Assembly: GCA_963555985.3 (NCBI GenBank)
Contig: OY820591.1
Span: 1-64,000 of the forward strand
Direction: 5' to 3'
Length of the DNA: 64,000 bases
Source of the DNA: Dehalococcoidia bacterium
Lineage (GTDB): Bacteria > Chloroflexota > Dehalococcoidia > Bin125
Made by a program: the position numbers and the translations under genes. How positions within the stretch are numbered: the first letter of the stretch is position 1; each line of letters opens with the position of its first letter. The notes under the pieces were generated by a model. The model worked only from the letters and a program-made list of their open reading frames with translations. It was not told the origin of the DNA and made no database searches. Shown here in pieces: positions 60,798 through 64,000 of this stretch.

Positions 60798-61454
60798 GTG
60801 CCAGGTACACCAACACCTGCCGAAGAACTGATGGTTCTCAAGACGGCGAAGCGGTACCGCCAAGAGGGCTATGAAGTCTCCGCTGACGTTCCGCTGGACT
60901 TCTTGCCCGGTGCCCGAGCGGACCTGCTCGCCCGCAAGGACGATCAAGTGCGCGTGATCGAAGTCAAAGCGCGATCCACGCTTGCTGCTACACCTCAGAT
61001 CGTGGAACTGGCCGAGATCGTTGACGCGAAACCCGGCTGGAGCTTTGACTTGGTACTCGTGGGCGAGCCGGAGAAGATCAACGCGCCGCCAGGAGCACAG
61101 CGCTTCGGCGGCGAAGAGATCCTCCAGCGGATTGATGATGCGCAGCAGCTCCTCGATTCCGGCTGCTCCGAGCCCGCGTTCTTGCTTGCCTGGTCCGCTT
61201 GCGAGGCGGCGATCCGGAAGCTGATCGCCGACGAGGGAGTGTCGGACGATCGCATCACGACAGCGAGCTACGTCCTCGAACAGGCGACGTATCTCGGCCT
61301 CATCGACCGCGAGGACTACTTCCGCCTGAGCGACGTGCTGGAGTACCGCAACGCCATCGCGCACGGCTTTAGTCATGAGGGCTTTGGAGACGAGCTGGTC
61401 ACCGAGTTGCTTGAGACGACCCGCAGCCTGCTCGCGCCAGCGCCCACGGCCTGA
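60798..61454 (+). CDS. PD-(D/E)xK (REase_AHJR-like) nuclease fused to HEPN-like domain
   Basis: AGGAGG RBS; Y...GY.V, ADLLARK, IEVK; C-terminal RNAIAHG. Confidence 0.75.
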   Translation: MPGTPTPAEELMVLKTAKRYRQEGYEVSADVPLDFLPGARADLLARKDDQVRVIEVKARSTLAATPQIVELAEIVDAKPGWSFDLVLVGEPEKINAPPGAQRFGGEEILQRIDDAQQLLDSGCSEPAFLLAWSACEAAIRKLIADEGVSDDRITTASYVLEQATYLGLIDREDYFRLSDVLEYRNAIAHGFSHEGFGDELVTELLETTRSLLAPAPTA

Positions 61455-61469
61455 ACCCGGCCCAGCCGC

Positions 61470-63421
<1,952 letters not shown>

Positions 63422-63469
63422 TCAGCAAGGCGCCGACAGTCGAAAATCCCAGTTCTCCGCACTTCCCAC

Positions 63470-63690
63470 CGCACTCTGATCCAACTTGGTAATTCAAGAG
63501 AGAGGTAACAGAGTTAACGTGATGATGATGTTAATGGCCGCGTGAGCGCTGTGGACGACTCGTCGATCCAGCGTGTGAGCGGGAAGATCGCCTCGGTTTG
63601 GAACAGTGCAGAGCCTGCGGATGCGCTGCGAGCGAGAGGTGAGCGGTCTGTGGAAGCCGGGGTGCCGGAACCTTGTTCACATTTGGCGCC
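63470..63690. other. candidate oriC
   Basis: AT-rich patch at 63485-63536 with (GAT)n; degenerate DnaA boxes at 63550, 63649 and 63673; immediately downstream of dnaA. Confidence 0.55.
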
Positions 63691-63796
63691 CGCATCGGCT
63701 CACCCGTCGTCGCCCCGTTGCACGGGACAAAGAGACCAGCCGCACTTGGCGGTCTCCGTCAAGCGGGAATGGCAGAGGCGGAGCCGCGCCCAGACT

Positions 63797-64000
63797 CTAC
63801 GCGCCTAGACGCAAGCGCTTGCAGATCTCGCGGTGCAGGCGCCGAGTTTCGGCCGCCCAGTCGTCGTCTTGGGGCGCGTCCTTCAGCTGCGCCTCGATCT
63901 GGCGGCAGCCGTACATCACCGTGGTGTGATCTTTACGTCCGAGTTGGCTTGCGATTTCGGCGAAGGAGGATTGGGTGTGCTCGCGGGCCAAGTACATCAC
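63797..64000 (-). CDS. dnaA: chromosomal replication initiator, C-terminal domain IV (partial)
   Basis: MYLARE.T..S..EI...[10 protein letters not shown]. Confidence 0.92.
   Translation of the reverse strand: MMYLAREHTQSSFAEIASQLGRKDHTTVMYGCRQIEAQLKDAPQDDDWAAETRRLHREICKRLRLGA

Noticed and set aside
58270-61454. Prophage remnant (HTH as terminase small subunit, plus rusA)
   Set aside because: No integrase, structural or large terminase genes; the HTH gene belongs to a dispersed family.

Overview
GC-rich bacterial chromosomal segment, most likely from a Chloroflexota (Dehalococcoidia-like) genome; this is inferred from the dnaA-obgE-nadD order with gyrB nearby, GAAC-N4-GTWC LexA-type boxes, and expanded hydrolase, PhyH and CoA-transferase paralogs. 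The window ends in dnaA, with a candidate oriC just downstream. It contains a hopanoid cluster (hpnCDE, shc, prenyl synthase), four tandem type-B carboxylesterases, catabolic oxygenases and hydrolases, murT/gatD, pyrG, gyrB, ychF and three HEPN-type two-gene modules. Main unexplained structures: (1) a dispersed four-copy element family (LexA-like box, ATG, HTH gene or mini-ORF, helically phased 10-bp repeats, conserved tail motif); (2) two divergent alleles of a wHTH + NDT-like two-gene cassette, stacked between near-identical duplicated flanks; (3) nested REP/dRS3-like palindromes and MITEs, one apparently read in frame inside a gene. All family assignments come from motif recognition by eye; no database search was run.
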